Shown here piece after piece: positions 38,366-50,365 of a stretch of 64,000 nucleotides of DNA (positions within the stretch are counted from its first letter, which is position 1; each line of letters opens with the position of its first letter). Below the pieces are notes generated by a model. That model ran no database searches, was not told the origin of the DNA, and saw nothing but the letters and a program-made list of their open reading frames with translations. The position numbers and the translations under genes were made by a program. The DNA is from Hormiphora californensis. Taxonomy: Eukaryota > Animalia > Ctenophora. The stretch covers positions 3,472,001-3,536,000 of the forward strand of contig CM035356.1 in assembly GCA_020137815.1 (NCBI GenBank), in the 5' to 3' direction.

Positions 38366-38680
38366 GGCCTAGTTTCCATGGCTACTACACTTCTCTCTTC
38401 ACAAGATATCACTCTCTCACAAACACCTTTTCAGCGTGGTCTAGATGTAGTACGTGAGCAACAGATTGATACTTTTTAGGAGACTACACTGCATGTTGTA
38501 TTGTATCATGATACTGGTTCCATCTGATGCTCTTGAATGATATATATCTTCATCTTCAATGAAGATTCTTCATTTATCTCACACACGTCTCTCTCCCGCG
38601 TATGTCTGTCATATGCAGACACGATTGGTTTCGCTTAAACGAGAGGGAGGGAAAGAGAGATATATCTATATAAAAAGAGA

Positions 38681-38754
<74 letters not shown>

Positions 38755-40269
38755 TACATCATGAGCAATACCTATCCTCTTCTTTTCTTCATTGATGTGT
38801 TATAGTGAAGTGTGTTGTTCACCAGAACACGCTATATATTCAATCATTTGATAGCTTATTGGAACACCAATCATTACATTAGAATGAATACTGTTTGTGA
38901 TTGCCCAATGTCCTTACACCTAGCTATCAGATATTTCCATTGGAAATTCTCCAATTCCACCGGTCCAAATGTTAATGAAAGATGTCCGGGACTATGGATC
39001 AGAGATTTTTGGTCCAATATCATAGCTCGCTCAGAGTTCAGGCACCTCAAATTCCATGACAATTCCTCTGAATGCCTTAAAAATCGTAACACTTGGTAAG
39101 CGTAACACTTGGTCTAGCTGCCATATGCTGTAACAGTTGTCCTCACATAGACAGTAATCAGGAGATTATAATATAGGCTTGCAGAATTACAAATCACTAT
39201 CCGATAGAGACAGAGATGTGTATTAGACAATCCTGCTGCTGCAGTAAGCAACTGATCACATACCGATTGACGCATAGGCCAGAGACCTAATTTTGTGAGA
39301 CACTGCAAGCCATAGTCAGGCGTGGTCTGGGGTCCGGGTTACGCAATCAATACCATATATTGCTACTTAAAGGTTTCGTGCAAGCTATAATGCAGCACAA
39401 CCTTAGTATTTTCTTAGAAGCAGTTTGAAGTGATCCTATACTTGTGTTGTTTCTAATATGGCCAGTTTCAGATCCTCCCCTGTATTGTTGTACCTTGTTC
39501 TAGTTTCTCTAGTTAATCTACATTTGTAGGTGGCTATGTGTGTATACCTCTATAAGAGATCCTGATTAAACTTGTGTGTGTGTGCTGGGACCAGCAGTTA
39601 GGAGCACTAGGAGAGCTACATGATGCATTGAACTGTGAACTAACTTTATTATTGCTCTTCTTGAATAGGAAGCTGGGAGCTATGCGAACCTCGTATTACC
39701 AATGCCAAAGTGTCAAGCCGACAGTCTTTGCTCCAAATTTAGGCTCTATTTAAGTATTTCGGACAAATAATTATTCCTTGTGCTCTGTATTGCAGTATAT
39801 GAGTTAAACTTGCCTGGCTAGACTGTGTTTCGGGCGCCCACCCCCGAATCACTTCCTTTACAAATGTAAAGGGAGGGTTAGAACATAGCAAAGTTAAACC
39901 ATTGCTGTACCGTTAGAAGTTCGGCTTTTATCTGGGTCTGTCGAACATGATATCATTATTTTTAAGTGGTTCGGAAACAAATATAGAGAAACATTATTGG
40001 AACACGGTTATGATACCATTAAAAACATTCTCAGAAAATCGTAAATGCCTTTTGCAATTTGCTGCTGCAGTATGTAGTGATCCAGCTGCAATGAAACAAC
40101 TCAGTATGTAATCAGCTTTGTGTTATAATGAAAAAGAAAAGGAATTTTCCTTGCAGCTTTTCAACTGCAGCTTATAAGGGATTGTTATCTCAGGAGAAGA
40201 GAATAGAGATAGACAGCTTTTTTCTGCTTTCCATCTTCTTTCGCTATTTCACGACAACATGTCTTCTTA

Positions 40270-40318
<49 letters not shown>

Positions 40319-40553
40319 GATTCCTGTCCATATCTCTCCCATATCTCTCTAACAGGGGAGAGGGAGGCTACTGTGCGAGATTGTGTTGTGATATGGCGGC
40401 CGCGGGTTGCTTGTAAAATTGACCCCCTGCCGGCCGGTCACGTGACTGCAAATCTCTGTCCGTCATTATTGCCTGTGAGTGATGCCATGAAGTCTTTGTG
40501 CCAGCTACGCGATCATCTTCATAATAAAGAGGGATAGAGAGAGACTAGAGAGA

Positions 40554-40654
<101 letters not shown>

Positions 40655-41580
40655 TAGAGGGATAGTGTTAGTGGTCTTTGACTTTAGTGACTGATTTAAT
40701 CTAGACAAGCAGTTGTGGCCTTTTCTATTTGTTATCTATTTTCTGCTTTCTTTAAAAGGTTAGATTGTCTAATGAAAACTGACTCCGAATCTCTGAATCT
40801 ACGCAGTCCGTGTATGAATTAATACTTTTATCACGCCATTTGGGTATTATTTCTTCTAAAAGATATCCTATCATGATAGTGCATTAGCAGATTTCTTAGC
40901 TGTGGTCCTATATGCACTATGATAGTGCCACTATCCTAATCTATTGAAGCAACGAAGCCAGCGGCTAAGTGAGATCGTATGTGGTTAAATATCTATTGTT
41001 AAATATCTATTGTTTAACTCCCTAATTCTTGGAAATATTTTCTCAAAACTGAATAGGGATGCTTTATTTAAAGTGTACCACTCCATTAATAAAATCCAAA
41101 ATAAAGTAACGCATTCAATAGATATGATAGTCCCGGGGTATCATTCACCATAAATTTTTCACAATTATTCTTTATTCTGAAGTTCACAATTCACATATTG
41201 ATATTATACGACCATTTCTCACTCACCTCGCATTTGAAGAGAATGATAAAATGGGATGATTGAAGCCCTTATATCTTGATAGGGAAGGTTGCCTGTCATC
41301 TAAGACAAATGCAGTATCAGTTACTGATATCTCTTTATCTAGATATATGTCATATTATGCTGTCCATCTGCATCCTAACATTAAATATATGATGGGGATA
41401 TATTTTGTATCCCAATGCACAGTATACTATGTTTGTAATATGCACATTGATGAATTGCCATATAGACAGGGATCACTGTCGACTGTCGAGTGTCGACTGA
41501 GCAAGCCAACGTTACAGAGCATTCATGAGAGAAAATAAAAATTAAAGACGTTTATAACCGCATTTGTAAACAAGTTTATT

Positions 41581-41919
41581 CTAAGATGGGGCACTATTCA
41601 CAAATGCTTGAATAACTTTGGGATTCAGTAAATTATTCTCTAAGTGCTCACTGGTCCTTCCTTTTGTGTCTGATTCCAAATCCATTAAGACGTATTTGTC
41701 TTGCAATTCAGTAGGTACCTGGCCAGCTACAGCTCTGTATACAAGGTGATTGTGATGAACCTCGAGATTTCTTATCCTCTCGAGGGCTCGCCTGTGAGGA
41801 ATCACGTGACATGTATGCTGAGAGTACATTAATTCATCATCTGTGAGATGTTTAATTTCAGGGCTGGCTTTCAAATACTGCAAGGATACACACCTTCTTA
41901 CAACCCTTCTTTGTATCAT
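41581..41919 (-). CDS. Orphan ORF, possibly the terminal exon of an unknown gene
   Basis: 112 aa of normal composition; AATAAA immediately follows the stop on the minus strand; no family recognised. Confidence 0.3.
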   Translation of the reverse strand: MIQRRVVRRCVSLQYLKASPEIKHLTDDELMYSQHTCHVIPHRRALERIRNLEVHHNHLVYRAVAGQVPTELQDKYVLMDLESDTKGRTSEHLENNLLNPKVIQAFVNSAPS

Positions 41920-42497
41920 ATTCTTTATCTCACCTTTCTCTGTTTACCTCATGTATTACTCGGCCCTCTCAAGACATTTTGAGACGCTGTTAAATTTCTA
42001 ATGCTTTGAAACACTTCATCGTTCTACTGAGTTTGTTTCGCAATTCCTTCTACTTCGCTATCTCGCTTTAATATGTCTGATTAGATGCAGCGCAACAATG
42101 TTTCATAAGGGCTGAAGGATAAAAACATGTTAATACAAGAACTCAACGAAACCACGTTAATTCTAAATTTGTCGTCAGTCATATGTTTTATTTTACCTTG
42201 CTGTATATCAAATATATTTGTTGTATACAGCCTGCAATAATACCCACCTTTTGCCTTCCTAAGTCTTCTGATTGCAATTTGAATGGTTCAAACATCCTGC
42301 AGTATAGAAATTACAATTATAGACAAGTCTGAACGATACTGCATTGAGCAAATGGAGTTTGCTGTCCTGATTTCATGGCCTAACTTTCTGACTTGTACCG
42401 CCGTGTTGGAGCAAAAGTTTTTGAATTGTTGGAAAGCTACTACAGTGTTTTTTGTTGAGTACTACATAACTTATACCCACGTACGTGACAGCTGAAC

Positions 42498-45005
42498 ATG
42501 TACAACAACACAACGGAAGATATCATTTACGAGTTTAGGCACACTCTCAGTACTCGAATTGCCATGGGATTCATGCTGGGACTCATCTGTTTCATTACCA
42601 TTGTGGGTAAGTTAACAACTCTTTTCTGTTTTGTCCCTGCTGTCAGCTTAATGCTTTGACAGACAATTTTCTTGTTGCCCTGCGAACTGACAGAACTAGA
42701 ATGTTAGAGGAGATAGTTGCTCGAATACCCCCAACAATCGTGTCCTACATTCTGTTTCTATCCATTCTCATTTTAACCATGGGCTTTGGGTTTGTTTTAC
42801 TACTTTCGAATGCATAGATGATGATATCGTTTCTAACCTCTAGGTAATTGTTTGGTTCTGTTGGCCCTGGCAACGTGTCGGAATCTCAGAAGCATCAGTA
42901 ACCTTTTCATTGGAAATCTAGCTCTGGTTGACTTTATCATTGGGGTCTGCACCATGCCAATAACTGTGTAGGTGCAGTCTCATGTGATATATGGAAGTTT
43001 GGCCATTAATGGAGAGACTTTACTACATAATGTTTTTTCGATATTTTTTTATTATCTATCCGGAATATTATTGAAGCGATCACTCTAAGTTGATTTCAAA
43101 GGGTAACTTCCTATTGATTCAGTACAGGGTACTGCCTTGATTGTGGAAACAGACTACGATATGGTCATCGCAGCTGAAGATACTAAATTTACAAATGCAG
43201 CTTGTCTTTTGATTAACCTTATAAAAGAGTAAGAAGATTCTTCTTACGATAGCTTGAATTAAAGAGAAGGAACTAGAGTTCATATATAATTACCGTTTGT
43301 GGTTTCAGTCTGTGACTTTCGCCATCAATCTTGTTGTTTTACTGTTTGTCTCTTCTCCGTTGTATACGATCGGGATTGCGCTACTACTCAGATTGTCTCC
43401 TATGGTTGGTAATCACCTCCCCTCGACCCTCTGGCCCGGGATCGGCGTGGGATTTAAACCAGTGTATCTGCCTGTTCGGCGATGTACAACCCGTAGGCCA
43501 CGGCAATGTAGGAACAGCCAACTTATAACGACGAGTCAAATCCATAATAGTTTCATCTACAAATAATTTGTTTTTGTGATGACGTTGGCTCAACCATGCA
43601 CTTTGCAGTGTTCTTTTTCCTGCTTCTAACTCGAGGATGGCCGGTCCTACTTCGAATTGTCTCCTGCTGTGGGCACTCTCTCATCGCTGGCACTCGCTAC
43701 AGGTCAGATGGGTGGAGACTAGGTACCGGCGTGTAGATCGAACAATGCTAAACCTGAGCACCGAAATGATAGGTACACTGACAATCGAACGATTCCATAG
43801 ATTTTTATCTGACTAGCTCATTTGTTCTTAGACAACTGTATCCCGTCAGTTCAATCCCTCCTCTTTGCAGGTTCTTTTTTCTGTTCTACACGATTGTGGC
43901 GCTAGTGATCCCTCTTCTAATTGTCTCCCTCAGCTATGTGCCCATCTTCATCGTGTCACATCGCGCTAACAAGGTACGAATGAGCTGGCAGGGAGACCAG
44001 GGCTGTCAACAGATCGAAACAATGCTAAAGTACACCCCAAACTACTATGTCCCTCACTCGGGTTTTGTGAAATTTCCCACGGTCCTAACTCCACTCCCTG
44101 ATAAGATAGAGACTTAAAATTTGTTTTGTACGAAGAACTCGATATGATCTCCCTACAAAACAAATTTCAAGTTTCTATCTTATCAGGGGGTGGAGCTATG
44201 GCCGTCTAAAATCCGGTCGCGCGCAGCAAGGGACATAGTAGTTTGGGGGGACCTTTAGTAAAAATTTACTTTGCTCTTGCAAGCGAGAAAAAAAGCTTAA
44301 GCATCAAACTGAGAAATTATGAGCTACAGAGCTGCAAATAAATTTAAATAAAGTTAAATTAGATTAAGTTACATAAAGTAAAATAAAGTAAAATGAAATA
44401 AAGTTACAGTAACGGCCCTCATCCAGATACATGCGTCTCAGAGTCAGAGTGGTCACTCCAAGCGGCAGATGCAGGCGGCCTTCCTGGTGATCATCATTGT
44501 CGGGGTGTTCGCCCTCACCACCCTCCCCGTCATGACCGTGGGATTGCTCAGTTGGGCGGGTGTTATTGATAGTATGCCACTACTGGCAGCCATTATCTTC
44601 CATATCATGCTGTACAGTAACTCAGCCATCAACCCCATATTGTACGGAGTCTTCAATAGCAGCTTTAGGTAATCATTTGATTAATTATGTTGTTTTATAA
44701 GATTCTATACCCCAGTGAATATTCTTTCGTGCTAATAACCATCATACCTCATGGTATTTGATTAATTATGAAGCAACATTTGAACACGTTTTTCACAACA
44801 CATAGTAAATACTCTTAGAAGGAACAGCATGGAGTATCAAATCTCCTAAATTATATCTCCTCCCAGGGAGGTTTACAAGAGTATGTGCATGTGTGAGTGG
44901 GGTAAACAGCGACACAGCATGATCGCCAGACGAAGAGCCAGCAGTTTGAGGGACCCAGCCTTCCTATCATCCTCTTCAACTGACCACAAAGACAAGTATT
45001 TATAA
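42498..45005 (+). CDS. Rhodopsin-class GPCR 2, paralog of GPCR 1. Exons 42498-42606, 42844-~42966, (TM3/TM4 exons unclear ~43100-43700), 43871-43973, 44428-44668, 44866-45005
   Basis: TM1 GN, TM2 NLALVDFIIG..MP, TM5 IPLLIVSLSY, TM6 GVFALTTLP, TM7 YSNSAINPILYGVFNSSFR; intron positions in TM1 and after FR are shared with GPCR 1. Confidence 0.8.
44025..44258. mobile_element. Hairpin MITE in a GPCR 2 intron
   Basis: CCCCAAACTACTATGTCCCT / AGGGACATAGTAGTTTGGGG outer inverted repeats and CTGATAAGATAGA..TTTGTA inner inverted repeats. Confidence 0.75.
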
Positions 45006-45679
45006 ATGGGGTGATATATGTTTCATGTACCTCGCGGAGCTGTCTGACAGCGCCAGACTCCGATTTGATTCTCAAATGTGCTCAGATGGAGTTTGCGGCG
45101 CCAGACAGTCCCGGAGTGAAATAAGCATGAGATGAGGACTATAACAAAGTTAATAGTAACTCATCTACTGTTGACAAAAGATGCTTCATTAATTAATAAC
45201 TTTTTTTGCAGGCAGTTTGCAAGATCCAACACCGCGAAGAACCTTTCACATCGATTGGAAAAGGTTACAGAAGCGAACAAAACTTTGCAGAACAGCTCCT
45301 GCTAACGACCCATTGATGTGTGTGTCCGCGATGGACTGTCCGTGTCACTCATTTTCCAGGAGGTTTAGATACTTAAAGGTTGACAAATGCATACATGCTT
45401 TTTCGAATACTAATCACAGGGCTGACAATATCGGTAGACCCCCTTTTTCAAATGTTTTTCTAAAAGATAAAAATCTGGAAAAATCATAAATCGAAACAAT
45501 ACGATAGATGAAAAGTTTTAGGTATTGTCAACCTTTAATTGCCTAATTGAGACTGATAGACTGAAGTTAAAAATCATGATTATCCTGGATCAGTGATCAC
45601 GTAAGACAGCTCAGCTGATCAGTATAGGTAAAGAGACAAATAATATAGGTTTTTCGTCGATATCAATGTGTAAATTATT

Positions 45680-47112
45680 GGTGACCTACAACTATGGCTC
45701 ATGCAACTATGGCTCATAAAATCTATGAGCCATAGATGCATGCAACTATGGCTCATAGATTTTATGAGCCATAGATGCATACAACTATGGCTCATAGAAA
45801 TGTGATCTGATTAGGTTCTATGAGCCAAAGCTAGTGAGAGTGAGAGGGACGTGAGTGACACGTGAGTGACACGTGAGTGATACGTGAGTGACACGTGAGT
45901 GACATGTGAGTGACACGTGAGTTTTCGAATCATGTAATATTAAATGAGCACAAATGTAAACGATTTACATAATGATAATGATAAATCTAATGTTACATAA
46001 TTAAAATTACACTATCAGTTCATCTTGGATATAATGGTAAAAGGGGTCCTTCTTTGGACAGTTCATAGAGCATTTCACGTGAATCAGCAGCTCCTTAACA
46101 CGATGTTTATTCCAATCTATGATCGGATAGGTACTAAACAGCCGCCTTGCATTATCACTATCAGGATCCACAGTAAAAAACTCTCCAACAGGTCTGATTT
46201 TCGAGAAAGTAGTATAGGTAGGATGTTCCCAGAAATTGCCTGGCTAAAGTTTCTGATCTTTCACACTCTTCCAAAACCTCCCGGTACTCGTTGAACAATG
46301 TAGTGTTTTTCGTGACGTCGATAACAATTATAGCTAGTGAATCTACTAACAAATTCTAATGAGCGGGATGGATATGTGACAGTGTCACATATCCACCCCC
46401 CTCACTGACACGATTCTGGGATGCGCCATTAGCAGAGTGAAACGATACGAGATACGAAACTTATGATTCGGGGGAGCTCATTAGCAGTGTGTGACGATAG
46501 GTATATGGAACATGATTCGGGGAAGCTTATTAGGAGTGTTAGACGATATGAGAAACGATTCGGAGAATGTTTTATCACTCTTTCTATCTATCTCTATCTC
46601 TATCTCTATCTCTTTTTGTCAATTATCTTGGACTTGAGAACTAGATGAGGTGCCTACCATTATACTATAATGCGAGCTGACGCTACACACTTGGTGAGTT
46701 TAGTGCCCTTATTTTTGGTAATAAGAGCCTATCGGCTCGCCTCATTGTTTTTAGGAGGATATGTTGTTTTTAATGGAATGCGTTCGGTTTTTTTCGAGTC
46801 TTGCCAAACAGACCAAATTCAAACCATTCCATCTAAAACAACAACATATCCCCCTAAAAACAACGGGGCTGAGCCGACATCCAGATAAAAAAGGAAAAGG
46901 AGTATGGACAAAAATAAGGGCACCAAAGTTTGTAGCTTCATCGCATTAGTATGAGTAGGTATCTCATCTGGTTCTCAAGATAATTGACAAAAAGAAATAG
47001 AGATAGATAAAAAGAGCGATAAAACATTCTCCGAATCGTGTCTCATATCGTTAGCACTCCTAATAAGCTTCCCGATCATGTTCCAATACCGTATCTCTAA
47101 AGTAATGAGCTC
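45680..47112. mobile_element. Composite repeat block: CAACTATGGCTCAT inverted arrays, (GACACGTGAGT)n, and a foldback 46474-47112 with nested hairpin 46733-46876
   Basis: Direct inspection of inverted arms (e.g. TTCGGAGAATGTTTTATC / GATAAAACATTCTCCGAA). Confidence 0.65.
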
Positions 47113-47113
47113 C

Positions 47114-47870
47114 AATCTCAATTTATCTCTCCCAGGGAGTTGTAAGGATCGATGTGCAGTGAGGGGGTAAAGGACACGTCAGCATGATCGCCATGAGAAT
47201 GTCAGGGATTTAGGGACCAAGTTTATCACCTCTTCAACATGATCAACAGTACGGGTGACATTTATACATTATACATTATGAGATATATTTTCAGATTCTG
47301 GTAATCCTCCGGACGTGAAGTTAGTGTGAGATTTAGGGTACATCACGACATGTAAAGGCTTTTGACCACCGATCATAAGATTTGTATTATAATTGAAAAC
47401 TTTTCTTGAGGAGTTTTGAACGTCAAAGAAGACCCTTTCTCAGATTAAAAGGTTACGGAAAGCGAACAAACTTGCAGAACACTCTGCTAAACCATTGAAT
47501 TGTGTTGTCACTCATTTTCCAGGAGTTTTGGACATTTAAAGGTTTACAAGATGCGTAAAATTTTTTGTCTACATTATACTTTTTCGAATACTAGTATGAT
47601 CATAGGCTGACAATATCGGTGGACCCCCTTTTTCGAATGTTTTTCTAAAAGATAAAAAAATCTGGAAAAACCATAAATCAAAAACATACGACAGACGAAA
47701 AGTTTTAGGTATCTTGTCAACCTTTAATTGCCTAATTGAGACTGATAGACTGAAGTTTTAAAAAACATGATTATCCTGGATCAGTGATCACGTAAGACAG
47801 CTCAGCTGATCAGTATAGGTAAAGAGACAAATAATATAGATTTTTCGTCGATATCAATGTGTAAATTATT
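47114..47870 (+). pseudogene. Degenerate duplicate of the GPCR 2 last exon and 3' flank (44840-45679)
   Basis: CTCCCAGGGAG..GGGGTAAA..CAGCATGATCGCCA..CCTCTTCAAC aligns with indels; the 3' ~270 bp are near-identical. Confidence 0.75.
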
Positions 47871-48316
47871 TAACATCTGTTTTAACAACCCCTTATGCCC
47901 GCCTTTTTTGGATCAATATTACCGGAATACGGAGGTGGATACGGAAATGGAAGCATTTAAAATGATCTATAGTGAGGAATGTCAGTCAGGAAAAAAGGTG
48001 TATAAAAGTGTATAAAACAAACTTTATCAAATTGTAACAGAATATACGATTGTAAAAACACTGCCAATGCTTCTTTAGTGGGTGAAATAGGGACCAATAT
48101 CTTTCCCGATAAAACTCCTCGCCAAACCCTCGTTAGTTCCACTACACAATACTATTGTTACTGTTAGCATAATGAAAGCAGAATGGCTTCATGTCCGTTG
48201 TCAATGGCCAGTATCATTAAGACATTAGAGCCAGCTGAAACTCATATCATAACTTGTTGAGTAAGGGGTGAGACAAATCATAACGGATTCTTTTTTCAAG
48301 CATCTTCATTATTGCG

Positions 48317-49655
48317 TCACGAGTTATTAGTCCCTGTCGATGTTGCTGCCTCTTGTCTTCTCCTGAATTCCTCCTGTGCTGCCTCGATATCTCCAATGGA
48401 GACTGTTGAGACCGACCGGAGTCCTCTCCGTACCTTACTGACGGCTATCTTTTGCTGGATATCTGGCTCTTCTGTCATCATGTCAGGTGTGTTACCTGAT
48501 GAAATTGGTTGGTCAATGGTCGGGTGTGAACCTTTGTGAAACCTGAATTATAAACAAAATTTGACTTCTTACAGAGAACGTAAACCTACCATCTTTGTTT
48601 TTCTTCCTCGGATCTGCCTGTCTATCCAGGAGATACTGCACCATCTCAGACAGATCAAATGCAGCAGCATAGTGAAGTGCAGTCCACCCATAGATGTCTC
48701 TAGCATTGATGTGTCCACCTGCATCAAGGACCACATCACAAGCAACCGTGTCGTCATATGTCACGCACTCGTGTAAATACCTGTTGGGATGGGAGCTCAT
48801 TTGTTAAGTTATCACACTTGTAGCATATAGGCCGCTAAGAGAGTCAAAGTCAAGATCTCATCAGGGATCTCATCTAACTGGGTTCCCGTATAAAGTTAAA
48901 ACATATCGATCTGGCAAGATATGTTCTTTATTGGATATATTTAGAAACCAGTTACCTCCTTCCCTCGCTAGTGATTTCGTTAGCGTCGATCTCCGGGTCA
49001 TTAAGGAACTCCTCCAAATTATCATAGTCCCCATTTCTTATCGCATCTAGGATCATCTTCTCGTCATCACAATCCTCATCGTCCTCACTCAGTGTCTCCG
49101 TCTCGTTATCCGTTACCTGCAGAATCATGAGCTTGTTTTCAACTGTCATCATTGGCCTGATCCTAAATTCTCATTTACGAGAACCGCGGTCAGAGCATTG
49201 GCCTGACGGGTTTTCAGCGAATTCCCATGATCGAATAAGATCGATAGAACTCCCTTGGTCAGACAAACGAGCTTACCCTTTGTTTGGTTGAAACTGCAGC
49301 TGGTTTCAGATTGTTTTCGTTGTAGGTAAACACAGGATCAAGACTCTTTCGGACTGTGTTTGGACTCCGTGTTGGCGTGACATCATCTATGCTCTCCCTG
49401 ATAACAGTGATAAAGTGTAATTAAATAATTCATGTGTCAATTGCTATCAAAATGCAAGAAGCTCACTTACTCGCCAGACCCCGATTCGACAGTGCGCTCA
49501 GATGGGGTCTGCGGCGCCAGACAGTCAAAATGAGTCACTTACTCGTTTCTCGATGAAAGACTGTGTTTGTTCTCGATCACCGAGCTCCTGCCTCTGTTTT
49601 GAACCGTTTTAACAAGTGCAGACTTTAAACCCTTCAAGCTCAGTTTACCATCCAT
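48317..49655 (-). CDS. Short ankyrin-repeat protein, PPP1R27/MYPT (PP1 regulatory subunit)-like. Exons approx. 49655-49543, 49397-49277, 49116-48956, 48781-48590, 48495-48317
   Basis: Phase-compatible exons give MDGKLSLK..., ILDAIRNGD..., YLHECV..., NARDIYGWTALHYAA..MVQYLL..ADPRKKNKDGNTP. Confidence 0.8.
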
Positions 49656-50278
49656 ACTACCGCTACATTTACAAAATTAGTGACAGAAAAAAGAGCAATT
49701 CAATTCGCTAGAAAAGAGGGGGGTTGCCGGCCAAATTAATTATAGCTGTACAGCCACTGTTTCTCTCTCCCTCGCAAGGTTACCTATGTGTCGCACACAC
49801 TTAGCATACGTCACAAACCTGCAAATACAACGTAGGCAACAAAGCTTGATTGCAGAAAATATTTGTTTGTACAAAGACCACGTCAACACTTAATACTAGA
49901 TAGTCAATAGTCAAAACTAGATAGCAGGTAGTGGACACGATCGGCAGAAGAAAGGAGAAAGAAGAAAGAGTAAGTGGCTGACATAAAGCGATGAAAAGTA
50001 CAGCTTTTTCGGTGAGATACGACAGAGAAATAGAGAGACCTTTTCAGAGCTACTAAAAGCCTCATCAAATGACACTACAAATTAGATTCAGGTCTTGGCA
50101 CGAAGGCTAGTAGTATCTGCAAAGACTACAATAAAAATAATACTATCTAAGTCAGTACACAATACACAGTGTGTACTACTGAGTCAGTATATAGTGCTTC
50201 ACACAACTACATTTACGTTCTGACAATTTAGAACGTACTACAATTATATACAGACCTTACATTTTAACAAATCAGTAC

Positions 50279-50365
<87 letters not shown>

